From positions 2,010,001-2,042,000 of the forward strand of contig NC_012803.1 in NCBI RefSeq assembly GCF_000023205.1: a DNA stretch of 32,000 nt. Reading direction: 5' to 3'. A program made the translations under genes and the position numbers. The notes beneath the pieces were generated by a model. It was given only the letters and a program-made list of their open reading frames with translations, made no database searches and was not told where the DNA came from. Source of the DNA: Micrococcus luteus NCTC 2665. GTDB taxonomy: Bacteria > Actinomycetota > Actinomycetes > Actinomycetales > Micrococcaceae. Below, piece after piece: positions 19,844-28,897 of the stretch; the first letter of the stretch is position 1, and each line of letters begins with the position of its first letter.

Positions 19844-20817
19844 CAGGCGGCCTTCCGGGCCAGCTCCCGCCGCGGATCGTCGCCGGCCAGGGCGGACTGC
19901 AGGGCCTCGATGGCGGCGCGGGCGTCGTCGTCGAGCTCGGTGGGTACGGTGACGTGCAGCTCCACGAGCAGGTCACCCGTCGTCGTCCCGCGCTCGACAC
20001 CGCGGCCCTTCAGGCGCAGCACGCGGTCGGACTGGGAGCCCGCCGGCACCTTCACCTTCACGGGGCGCTCCAGCGTGGGCACCTCGATCGTGGCGCCGAG
20101 GGCGGCCTCGGGGAAGGTGACGGGCACGGTGATGCGCAGGTCGTCCCCGTCCCGGTGGAAGAACTCGTGCTCGCGCACGTGCACGGTGACCAGCAGGTCG
20201 CCGCGGCCGGCCGCACCGGGCGAGCCCTTGCCGCGGGCCCGGACCTTCTGGCCGTCGCGGATGCCCTTCGGGATCTTCACCTCGATCGTCTCGCCGTCCG
20301 GGGCGCGCAGGGACACCGTAGTGCCCTGGATCGAGCCGCGGAAGGAGATCGTGGTGGTGGCGGTGCGGTCCGCGCCCTTCGTGGGGCGCGGCCGCGCGTA
20401 GCCGGCGTCGCCGAAGCCGCCGGTCTGGCCGGCGGCGCCGCCGAACATCCCGCTGAACAGGTCCGACAGGTCGGGCCCGGACTGCGTGGTGCGTGGGCCG
20501 CCCCCGCCGCCGAACATGCCGCCGAAGACGTCCTCGAAGCCGCCGCCGCCGGCACCGCCCGAGGCGGAGAACCGGGCCCCGCCGCCCATCGCGCGGATCG
20601 CGTCGTACTCCTGGCGCTCCTGGGGGTCACTCAGGACGGCGTACGCCTCCGAGATCTCCTTGAACTTCTTCTCGGCCGCCTCGTCCCCCGGGTTCTGGTC
20701 CGGGTGGTGGGTGCGGGCGAGCTTGCGGTAGGCCTTCTTCACGTCCGATTCGGAGGCGTCCTTGGACACCCCCAGGGTCGCGTAGAAGTCCTTGTCCATC
20801 CAATCCTGCGAGGCCAT
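19840..20817 (-). CDS. dnaJ: J-domain co-chaperone (DnaJ/CbpA type, no zinc-finger domain)
   Basis: Start moved to the ATG at 20815-20817, behind a GAGGAGG SD. J-domain with HPD (DFYATLGV...THHPDQN), a G/F-rich region and C-terminal substrate-binding domains. The protein contains no Cys at all. Confidence 0.9.
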   Translation of the reverse strand: MASQDWMDKDFYATLGVSKDASESDVKKAYRKLARTHHPDQNPGDEAAEKKFKEISEAYAVLSDPQERQEYDAIRAMGGGARFSASGGAGGGGFEDVFGGMFGGGGGPRTTQSGPDLSDLFSGMFGGAAGQTGGFGDAGYARPRPTKGADRTATTTISFRGSIQGTTVSLRAPDGETIEVKIPKGIRDGQKVRARGKGSPGAAGRGDLLVTVHVREHEFFHRDGDDLRITVPVTFPEAALGATIEVPTLERPVKVKVPAGSQSDRVLRLKGRGVERGTTTGDLLVELHVTVPTELDDDARAAIEALQSALAGDDPRRELARKAAW

Positions 20818-20849
20818 GGTGCCTCCTCTCGTGTGCATCGGTCAGGGGG

Positions 20850-20882
20850 GTCGGCCGGCGGCGGGGTGGGCCGCCGGCCGAC
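20850..20882 (-). other. intercistronic stem-loop between grpE and dnaJ
   Basis: GTCGGCCGGCGGC / 7-nt loop / GCCGCCGGCCGAC (13-bp perfect stem), located 5 nt after the grpE stop. Confidence 0.6.
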
Positions 20883-20886
20883 GGGG

Positions 20887-21549
20887 TCACTCGTCTCCGG
20901 CGGAGACCATCACCTGGGCGGCGCGCAGCACGCGGCCGTCCCGGAGATAGCCGTTGCGGAAAACCTGGACCACGTGGTCCGCGGGCACCTCTGCGTGCGG
21001 CTGGCGCATCACGGCCTCGTGCACGGCCGGGTCGAACTCGACGCCGGCCAGCGCCTCCTGGTCGTGGCGCTCGAGGCCGAGGCCGGCCAGGGCGGTGTCG
21101 AGCTTGGTCGCGATCGCGGCGAACGGACCGTCCGTCAGGTCGCCGGCAGCGCGGGCGGCGTCGATGTCGTCGAGCACCGGCAGCAGCGCGGTGACGGCCT
21201 TGACCACACCGGCGTCCCTGGCCAGGTCGCGGTCGCGGTCCACCCGACGCTTGTAGTTCACGAACTCGGCCTGCAGCCGGCGCAGGTCGGTCTCGAGCTC
21301 GGCCTCGCGGTCCGAGGCCGCGGGCTGCGGCGCCTCGGTCCCGGCCTGCGCGCCGGCCTCGTCGAGGATGCGCTCGGCCTGGGCGAGGGCGTCGCCGTCC
21401 TCGGCCTGCTCGGCCGCGCTCTCGGCGGAGACCCGGGGCTCACCGGTCTCGGGGTCGATGCGGCGACGGTCGTTGAACACGATGGGCTCCTCCTCGGAGC
21501 CGCGCTCGGCATCGGAGGAGCCGTGCGGACGCTGCTGGTCGGCGCTCAT
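20887..21549 (-). CDS. grpE: nucleotide exchange factor GrpE
   Basis: Acidic N-terminus, then LRLQAEFVNYKRRVDRD and the C-terminal FDPAVHEAV...V.Q.GY..GRVLR.A.V pattern typical of GrpE. Confidence 0.95.
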   Translation of the reverse strand: MSADQQRPHGSSDAERGSEEEPIVFNDRRRIDPETGEPRVSAESAAEQAEDGDALAQAERILDEAGAQAGTEAPQPAASDREAELETDLRRLQAEFVNYKRRVDRDRDLARDAGVVKAVTALLPVLDDIDAARAAGDLTDGPFAAIATKLDTALAGLGLERHDQEALAGVEFDPAVHEAVMRQPHAEVPADHVVQVFRNGYLRDGRVLRAAQVMVSAGDE

Positions 21550-21620
21550 GGTGTGTCCTTTCGAAGCGGGTGGGCGCGGCGGGTCCGCCGCGCGGGGGGG
21601 GGTGGTGCGGGAACGCCGAC

Positions 21621-21702
21621 GGGCCGGCCCGGCAGGGGCGCTGCCGGGCCGGCCCGCCGGCGTCGTGGGCCTCCGGGCGGGGCGGGCGGGGACGCCCGCC
21701 CC
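21621..21702 (-). other. two strong stem-loops in the 165-nt dnaK-grpE spacer
   Basis: 21621-21655 is GGGCCGGCCCGGCAG / GGGCG / CTGCCGGGCCGGCCC (15 bp perfect). 21679-21702 is GGGGCGGGCG / GGGA / CGCCCGCCCC (10 bp perfect), located just after the dnaK stop. Confidence 0.6.
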
Positions 21703-21714
21703 GACACCGGGGTG

Positions 21715-23666
<1,952 letters not shown>

Positions 23667-23698
23667 TTGCCACCGGGGCGGTGGACTGTCAAGTGAAC

Positions 23699-23717
23699 CT
23701 GAGTCGATTTCACTCAC
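23699..23717. promoter_or_regulatory. HAIR operator 2 upstream of dnaK
   Basis: CTGAGT-cgatttc-ACTCAC, a second HAIR-like inverted repeat on the far side of the TTGACA -35 candidate. Confidence 0.65.
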
Positions 23718-23898
23718 TTCTGCTTCTGCGAGGGTCAACGCGGGCCGTCCGCGATCCATTCCCGGGGCCCGGATTCGTCTCCGCTCCGTCCCGGCGCGGG
23801 CGCCCGGCCCTGGAAGCGCGGGGGTCTCGTGCGGTTCGATGGCGGATCACGGGGCGCCACCGACGGCGCGCCCGTCCCGACGGAGAAGGAGCACCACC

Positions 23899-24549
23899 AT
23901 GGCCGAGAAGAACGCCGCCGAGTACACCGTCCCGGGCCTGTCCCTGAGCACGGGTCGCCGCACCGCCGAGATCCTCCAGGGCCGCCTGCACGCCCTCAAC
24001 GACCTGCAGCTCACCCTGAAGCACGCCCACTGGAACGTCGTGGGTCCGGGCTTCATCGGCGTGCACGAGATGCTGGACCCGCAGATCGAGCTGGTCCGCG
24101 GAATGGCGGACGTCGTCGCCGAGCGCATCGCCACCCTCGGCGTCTCCCCCGCCGGCACCCCGGGCGCCCTCGTGGCCGCCCGTGCGTGGGACGACTACAC
24201 GCTGGGCCGTGCGTCGACCCTGGAGCACCTGGCCGCGCTGGACCTCGTCTACGACGGCGTCGTGACGGACCACCGCGCCGCGATCGACGCCACCGAGGAC
24301 CTCGACCCGGTCACGCAGGACATCCTCATCGACCAGGTGGCCCAGCTCGAGCTGTTCCAGTGGTTCATGCGCTCCTTCCTGACCACGGACGACGGCCGCC
24401 TGAGCAGCGCGGGTGCGGCCACGGAGGCCGCCGCCGCGGGCCGGGTGAAGGACGACCAGGCCGCGCCCGCCCCGCAGGGCGCGCGCACGAAGAAGTCGGG
24501 TGCCAAGAAGGCCACGGCCTCGAACGCGAAGAAGTCCAAGAAGAAGTGA
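23899..24549 (+). CDS. dps: Dps family DNA-protection/ferritin-like protein with a Lys-rich C-terminal tail
   Basis: Start moved to the ATG at 23899, behind a GGAGAAGGAG SD. Dps core motif HWNVVGPGFIGVHEMLD. Tail ...TKKSGAKKATASNAKKSKKK. Confidence 0.9.
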   Translation: MAEKNAAEYTVPGLSLSTGRRTAEILQGRLHALNDLQLTLKHAHWNVVGPGFIGVHEMLDPQIELVRGMADVVAERIATLGVSPAGTPGALVAARAWDDYTLGRASTLEHLAALDLVYDGVVTDHRAAIDATEDLDPVTQDILIDQVAQLELFQWFMRSFLTTDDGRLSSAGAATEAAAAGRVKDDQAAPAPQGARTKKSGAKKATASNAKKSKKK

Positions 24550-24579
24550 CCGCGCGCCCCTGACGCGCCCCCGTGCCCG

Positions 24580-24611
24580 GAGGGCCCGACCGCACCGCCG
24601 GTCGGGCCCTC
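24580..24611. terminator. stem-loop after dps, shared with the convergent MMPL 3' fragment
   Basis: GAGGGCCCGACC / 8-nt loop / GGTCGGGCCCTC (12-bp perfect stem). Confidence 0.7.
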
Positions 24612-24626
24612 TGTCGCCGTCCGGGC

Positions 24627-24836
24627 TCAGGCGGCCCGCGCCGGCCACCAGACACGCGGGCCGATGTCCCGGACGAGCGCGGGGATCAGCAGGGAGCGCA
24701 CGATCAGCGTATCGAGCAGCACGCCGAACGCGACGATGAATGCCAACTGCACCATGAACATCAGCGGGATCACCGCGAGCGCGGCGAAGGTGGCCGCCAG
24801 CGCTACGACGGTGGAGGTGGCCACACCGCCCGTCAC
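24627..24836 (-). pseudogene. orphan 3'-terminal fragment (last 69 codons) of an MMPL transporter gene
   Basis: It translates to (V)TGGVATSTVVALAATFAALAVIPLMFMVQLAFIVAFGVLLDTLIVRSLLIPALVRDIGPRVWWPARAA. This is nearly identical to the C-terminus of the intact MMPL at 26063-28357. Similarity stops abruptly at ~24838, and there is no upstream coding continuation. Confidence 0.85.
24682..24801. repeat. left copy of a 120-bp perfect direct repeat (candidate crossover core)
   Basis: Base-for-base identical to 26118-26237 (offset 1436) by hand alignment. The flanks are homologous but diverged. Confidence 0.9.
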
Positions 24837-24845
24837 GTCTCCCTC

Positions 24846-24876
24846 TTGACATCCACCACACAGGGAACAATAGTGT
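24846..24876 (+). promoter_or_regulatory. sigma-70-like promoter candidate with an overlapping inverted repeat
   Basis: A perfect TTGACA (24846-24851) is followed by a 17-nt spacer and AATAGT, or a 19-nt spacer and TAGTGT. An inverted repeat GAACA-N4-TGTTC (24865-24878), extendable to ACACAG..AACA/TGTTCTGTGT, overlaps the -10. Confidence 0.4.
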
Positions 24877-24936
24877 TCTGTGTCACTTACTCAAGAGGCA
24901 GGCGGCCACGCTACCTGCCCCCAGTAAGGAGACCCC

Positions 24937-25551
24937 CTGTCGACCTGGAAGACCACATTCGTATCGACGCTCACCGGCCTGGCCGTGGTGACCACGACCC
25001 TCGCCGCACCGAGCTTGGCCTCGGCGCAGTTCCGAGATGACCAGGTGACCCACACCCAAGGACAACCCTCGACTGACAAGGTCGACGACGCTATGCGGCT
25101 CGTTCGTCAAGCTGAGATGGAGGACCCGGCAGGCTTCGCCCGACGGGTCGCAATTCTGGAACAGCTCGGGGACACATTCCGCCTGCCCCATGAGTCGACT
25201 CTTGGCTCCACCGACATGGATCGACTGGCGTTTGCAGCAACCGTGCAGGACCCCCTTGTCCTGCAGGGGCTTGTCGAGATGGTCTCTCGCGGAGACATTG
25301 AGATCATCGAAGGTACACATGGCGCCCCAGTCTGGATAAGCCATCTCGACCCGGAAGACCTGACGGCCTCCAAGGAACCCACCACCCAGGATCTTCCCGC
25401 GTGCCCCTCCGCATGGGCAGCTGCACTGGCATGGATCGGCGCAAACGCGCTCATGTGCACACCGCTCGTTTCTGTTCCGCCGGCGGCCGTCGGCTGCGCC
25501 CTCACGTTCGGAATCGGGGGGTTCATCATCGACGTAAATCAGGGGTGCTGA
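24937..25551 (+). CDS. hypothetical secreted protein with a hydrophobic 4-Cys C-terminal region (cassette ORF1)
   Basis: The ORF track start is GTG 24985. I extend it to the in-frame CTG at 24937, which lies 5 nt after a perfect AAGGAG (24926-24931) and directly after the in-frame TAA at 24925. The extension creates a classical signal peptide (..WKTTFVSTLTGLAVVTTTLAAPSLASA/QF). Codon usage is foreign. The C-terminus is ACPSAWAAALAWIGANALMCTPLVSVPPAAVGCALTFGIGGFIIDVNQGC. Confidence 0.55.
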   Translation: MSTWKTTFVSTLTGLAVVTTTLAAPSLASAQFRDDQVTHTQGQPSTDKVDDAMRLVRQAEMEDPAGFARRVAILEQLGDTFRLPHESTLGSTDMDRLAFAATVQDPLVLQGLVEMVSRGDIEIIEGTHGAPVWISHLDPEDLTASKEPTTQDLPACPSAWAAALAWIGANALMCTPLVSVPPAAVGCALTFGIGGFIIDVNQGC

Positions 25552-25563
25552 CCTCCGGCGAGG

Positions 25564-25965
25564 TTGATGACCCCTCCCGTTCTCAGGAATGAGGAGATCA
25601 TGGAAGTTTGGCGAATTCTCACCGCCGTGTTCCTTGGAGCAACTCTGGCCTCCGCCGGGGCCCTTGGAACCGCCCATGGGATCTGGGTGATCCTGCCTGC
25701 CCTGTGCGTTGTCGCGTTCCTCACCCTGGACTGGCGGGATCGCGATCGCCCTCGCCTGTCCACGCCACGCATGGCAGCCCTGCTCCTGGCCATTGCTGTC
25801 GGCTTGATGGTGCTCCCGCGCGTCGATTGGAGCCCGTACCCGATCATCCTGATCGCCTTCGCGGTGGCATCGGGCACCTTCACGTGGTGGGCGTTGGAGG
25901 ACGTCGGGGCCCGCAGCCTCGATGTGACGACGGCATCCCCGGGTGAAAGCCACGCGCACACCTGA
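25564..25965 (+). CDS. hypothetical small 4-TM membrane protein (cassette ORF2)
   Basis: It starts 13 nt after ORF1, at TTG 25564 or ATG 25567; an alternative ATG at 25600 sits behind GAGGAG. Four hydrophobic helices (VWRILTAVFLGATLASAGAL, IWVILPALCVVAFLTL, MAALLLAIAVGLMVL, PIILIAFAVASGTFTWWAL). Confidence 0.55.
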   Translation: MMTPPVLRNEEIMEVWRILTAVFLGATLASAGALGTAHGIWVILPALCVVAFLTLDWRDRDRPRLSTPRMAALLLAIAVGLMVLPRVDWSPYPIILIAFAVASGTFTWWALEDVGARSLDVTTASPGESHAHT

Positions 25966-25991
25966 GGTGCGGCGTGCAACCACGAACCCAC

Positions 25992-26031
25992 AGCCTGCGG
26001 CCCCGACGACACGTCGTCGGGGCCGCAGGCT
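25992..26031. terminator. 40-nt perfect hairpin between cassette ORF2 and the MMPL stop
   Basis: AGCCTGCGGCCCCGACGAC / AC / GTCGTCGGGGCCGCAGGCT (19-bp arms). Confidence 0.7.
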
Positions 26032-26062
26032 ATGCACCATGTGCCGAAGCGGAGGACCGCCC

Positions 26063-28357
26063 TCAGTCGACCTTCGCCGGCCACCACACCTTCGGGCCGA
26101 TGTCCCGCACGAGCGCCGGGATCAGCAGGGAGCGCACGATCAGCGTATCGAGCAGCACGCCGAACGCGACGATGAATGCCAACTGCACCATGAACATCAG
26201 CGGGATCACCGCGAGCGCGGCGAAGGTGGCCGCCAGCACGACGCCGGCCGAGGTGATGACCCCGCCCGTGACGGTGAGGGCGCGCAGCACGCCCGCCCGC
26301 GTGCCGTGCCGCGGGGTCTCCTCCCGCGCCCGGGTCATCAGGAAGATCGTGTAGTCGATCCCGAGCGCCACGAGGAAGACGAAGCCGTACAGCGGCACGG
26401 TGGGGTCGGCGTCCTCGAAGCCGAACACGTGCCGGAACACGAGGGCCGAGACGCCCAGGGCCGCACCGAAGCTGACCACGGTGGCCGCCACGAGCAGCAC
26501 GGGTGCCAGGAGCGAGCGCAGCAGCACCGCGAGGATGACCAGCAGCATCGCGAGGATCAGCGGGATGACGACCCGCAGGTCGCGCTGCGTGGTGACGTTC
26601 GTGTCCAGCGCCTGGGCCGCCGGGCCGCCCACGAGGATCTCGCCCGTGGCCGGGAGGTCCGCGAGCCGGTCGCGCAGGCGGGCCACGGTCTGCTGCGCGG
26701 CGAGGGACTCGCCCGGGTCCGCCAGGGTGGCCGAGATCAGCACGCGGCCGTCCACCACGCGGGGCTGCGGCTCCGGCGCGGACGCGGCGCCCGTCCCGCC
26801 CTCCGCGTCGAGCGCGCCCGGGGGCAGGCCCGCGGCGGCCTCGGGGGTGTCCGTGGTGACCGCGGCCTCGGCCACGCCGGGGTCCTCCGTGACGGCGGCG
26901 AGCACCGCCTCCGCGTCCCCGGCCGGGGCGAGGATCTGGGCGGGGGCGCCCGCGCCGGCGTCGAAGTGCTCGGTCAGCAGGGCCTGGGCCTGCCGTGCGT
27001 CGGAGTCGCCGAGCAGCACGTCCTCCTGGGCGACGCCGTCCGCGCGCAGCTGCAGCAGGCCGCCGCAGAGGGCGAGGAGCACGACCGTCGTGGCGACCCA
27101 GACGAGGCGGGGCCGGCGCGCGACGACGGCACCCACCCGCGTCCACACCCCGTGGTCCTCCTCGAGGCCGGCGATGGGCCGGCCCGCGCCGTCGCGCGGC
27201 GGGGTGAAGGCCCGGCCTCGGGCGGCGCGGCGCTCCGCGCGACGGCGCGCACGCTCGGGGGACGGGATCGTGGGCCAGAAGGCGGCACGCCCGGTCAGCC
27301 GCAGCAGCGCCGGCAGCAGGGTCAGGGCGGCGAGCCACGCGAAGGCCACACCCGTGGCGGCCACGGGGCCGAGGGAGCGCGTCGAGTTGAGGTCCGAGGC
27401 CATCAGGATCAGCAGGGCGAGGGCCACGGTCGAGGCGGACGCGGTGATCGCGCCGAAGGACCCGCGCACGGCGGCCCGCAGCGCCTCCCCGACGTCCGCG
27501 CGGACCAGCAGCTCCTCGCGGTGCCGGGCCACGAGCAGGAGGCAGTAGTCCGTGGCCGCGCCGATCACGAGGATCGAGAGGATGCCCTGGGCCTGGCCGT
27601 TGAGCTGGATCCAGCCCGCCAGGGCCATCCCGTAGACGGCCACGATCGCGCCGCAGAGCGCGGCCACGGCCGTCAGGAGCACGAGGACCGGCAGCAGGAC
27701 GGAGCGGTAGACCGCCACGAGGATCACGAACACCACCACGAGCGCCACGAGCAGCAGCAGCCCGTCGATCCCCGCGAACGCCCCGCCCAGCTCCGCGACC
27801 AGGCCCGCCGGACCGCCCACGTGCCACTCGGTGTCCGCGGCCACGGTGCCGGCCAGGGCAGGGTCGGCGGCCGCGGGGTCCGCCACGACCCCCCGCAGGT
27901 CGGCCACCACGTCGGCCACGGGTCGCTCGGCCCCGGCCGAGGAGTCGACGAAGGCCAGGAACTGCACCGCCGCACCGTCGTCGGAGGGGATCGGACCGGC
28001 GACGTCGGTCACCCCCGGCACCTCGCCCAGCCGGCCCGCGAGGTCCGCGAGCGCGGGGAAGGCGGTCGCGGGGTCCACGGTGCTCGCCGGGCCCACGACG
28101 ACGGCGGGCACGGCCTCACCGTCCTGGAACGCCGCCGCCTCCTCCCCCGCGCGGGTGGACTCGGCCGACGCCGGCAGGAAGGTGGCCTGGTCGTTCGAGG
28201 AGACGTCGCCGATCGCGCCGAACACGGGGCCGCCCAGGCCGAGCACGGCGAGCCAGACCACGGCGAGCGCCGCGGCCAGGCCCAGCCGCAGCCCCCGAGA
28301 GGGACGCCCCGTGGCGGCGGGGGTGCGGAAGGCGGACAGGTCGGGCGGGGTGGGCAT
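26063..28357 (-). CDS. MMPL family (RND superfamily) membrane transporter
   Basis: Start moved to the ATG at 28355-28357 (MPTPPDLSAF...). 764 aa with two 6-TM bundles and two extracytoplasmic loops. MMPL hallmarks FLPASAES and GIDYTIFLMTRAREE. Confidence 0.9.
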   Translation of the reverse strand: MPTPPDLSAFRTPAATGRPSRGLRLGLAAALAVVWLAVLGLGGPVFGAIGDVSSNDQATFLPASAESTRAGEEAAAFQDGEAVPAVVVGPASTVDPATAFPALADLAGRLGEVPGVTDVAGPIPSDDGAAVQFLAFVDSSAGAERPVADVVADLRGVVADPAAADPALAGTVAADTEWHVGGPAGLVAELGGAFAGIDGLLLLVALVVVFVILVAVYRSVLLPVLVLLTAVAALCGAIVAVYGMALAGWIQLNGQAQGILSILVIGAATDYCLLLVARHREELLVRADVGEALRAAVRGSFGAITASASTVALALLILMASDLNSTRSLGPVAATGVAFAWLAALTLLPALLRLTGRAAFWPTIPSPERARRRAERRAARGRAFTPPRDGAGRPIAGLEEDHGVWTRVGAVVARRPRLVWVATTVVLLALCGGLLQLRADGVAQEDVLLGDSDARQAQALLTEHFDAGAGAPAQILAPAGDAEAVLAAVTEDPGVAEAAVTTDTPEAAAGLPPGALDAEGGTGAASAPEPQPRVVDGRVLISATLADPGESLAAQQTVARLRDRLADLPATGEILVGGPAAQALDTNVTTQRDLRVVIPLILAMLLVILAVLLRSLLAPVLLVAATVVSFGAALGVSALVFRHVFGFEDADPTVPLYGFVFLVALGIDYTIFLMTRAREETPRHGTRAGVLRALTVTGGVITSAGVVLAATFAALAVIPLMFMVQLAFIVAFGVLLDTLIVRSLLIPALVRDIGPKVWWPAKVD
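26118..26237. repeat. right copy of the 120-bp perfect direct repeat, inside the intact MMPL gene
   Basis: Identical to 24682-24801. Confidence 0.9.
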
Positions 28358-28374
28358 GCCCCCGAGCGTAGGGG

Positions 28375-28398
28375 ATGGTTCGATGATCAAACAACCAT
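28375..28398. promoter_or_regulatory. AT-richer palindrome in the MMPL/MarR divergent intergenic region (candidate MarR operator)
   Basis: ATGGTT-cga-TGATCA-aac-AACCAT. 18 of 24 positions are palindromic, centred on TGATCA, between the divergent starts at 28357 and 28421. Confidence 0.35.
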
Positions 28399-28420
28399 GG
28401 GGCTGGCTAGACTCCCGGCC

Positions 28421-28897
28421 ATGACCACGCAGCCCCCCTCCGCCCCCGCGGAGCACCTCGCCGTGGTCCACGCGATGCGCGTCTTCAGCGAGAGCGCGGA
28501 GCACGCCGTCGACCAGGCCGGCCGCGGCGTCGGCCTGCACCGCACGGACCTCAGGGCCCTCGCGTACCTGATGGCCCGCGCGGCGGCCGGTGAACCCGTC
28601 ACGGCCTCGGACCTCGGCGCCCACCTGCACCTCACCCGGGCCTCGGCCACCGCCCTCGTGGACCGCCTGGCCGCCGCGGGCCACGTCCGCCGCCGCCGGG
28701 ACGAGGGCGACCGGCGGCGCGTGCTGGTGGAGCACACGGACACGGCCCGCCGCGACGGACAGCGCGCGTTTCAGCCGATGTCCCAGCGGCTGAGCGCCGC
28801 CCTCGAGGGATTCTCCGCCGCGGAACTGCGGGCTGCGGTGCGGGTGCTCGAGGCGGCCACCGCCGCACTGACGGACCCCACCCCGGAGGACCCGTGA
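28421..28897 (+). CDS. MarR family transcriptional regulator
   Basis: Winged-HTH pattern (LHRTDLRALAYLMARAAAGEPVTASDLGAHLHLTRASATALVDRLAAAGHVRRRRDEGDRRRVLV). Alternative ATG at 28397. Divergent from the MMPL gene. Confidence 0.85.
   Translation: MTTQPPSAPAEHLAVVHAMRVFSESAEHAVDQAGRGVGLHRTDLRALAYLMARAAAGEPVTASDLGAHLHLTRASATALVDRLAAAGHVRRRRDEGDRRRVLVEHTDTARRDGQRAFQPMSQRLSAALEGFSAAELRAAVRVLEAATAALTDPTPEDP

Larger units (their letters stand above)
24802..26237. mobile_element. putative 1,436-bp integrated cassette / micro-island (one repeat copy plus unique DNA); no integrase or transposase
   Basis: Bounded by the 120-bp direct repeats. GC is visibly lower: hand counts of individual 60-nt lines give 48-65%, and the surrounding DNA appears to be above 70% (not computed). 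A/T-ending codons that are rare elsewhere in the window are frequent here. It carries its own promoter-like element, two ORFs and a terminator. Confidence 0.5.

Noticed and set aside
24865-24878. GAACA-N4-TGTTC as a LexA/SOS (Cheo-type) box
   Set aside because: Read as GAAC...GTTC the spacing is 6 nt rather than the 4 nt of the Gram-positive/actinobacterial SOS box, and the flanking bases do not fit TCGAAC-N4-GTTCGA. It is kept only as a generic operator candidate.
24883-26040. 385-aa minus-strand ORF covering the whole cassette (also 25107-25529 and 24891-25079 on the minus strand)
   Set aside because: It is antisense to the two plus-strand ORFs, which have an SD, a signal peptide and clear TM helices. 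Its sequence is Arg/Gly/Cys-rich and non-protein-like, and it has no SD.
24802-26237. Classifying the cassette as an IS element, prophage remnant or integrative element with its own recombinase
   Set aside because: No transposase, integrase or recombinase-like ORF is present in any frame. There are no terminal inverted repeats and no tRNA. Only the direct repeat of the MMPL 3' end supports mobility, so the mobile-element call is kept at low confidence.
28397-28420. Longer MarR start at ATG 28397
   Set aside because: This start would lie inside the candidate operator palindrome, only 40 nt from the divergent MMPL start, and adds a non-conserved MGLARLPA peptide. ATG 28421 is preferred, but neither start can be proven from the sequence alone.
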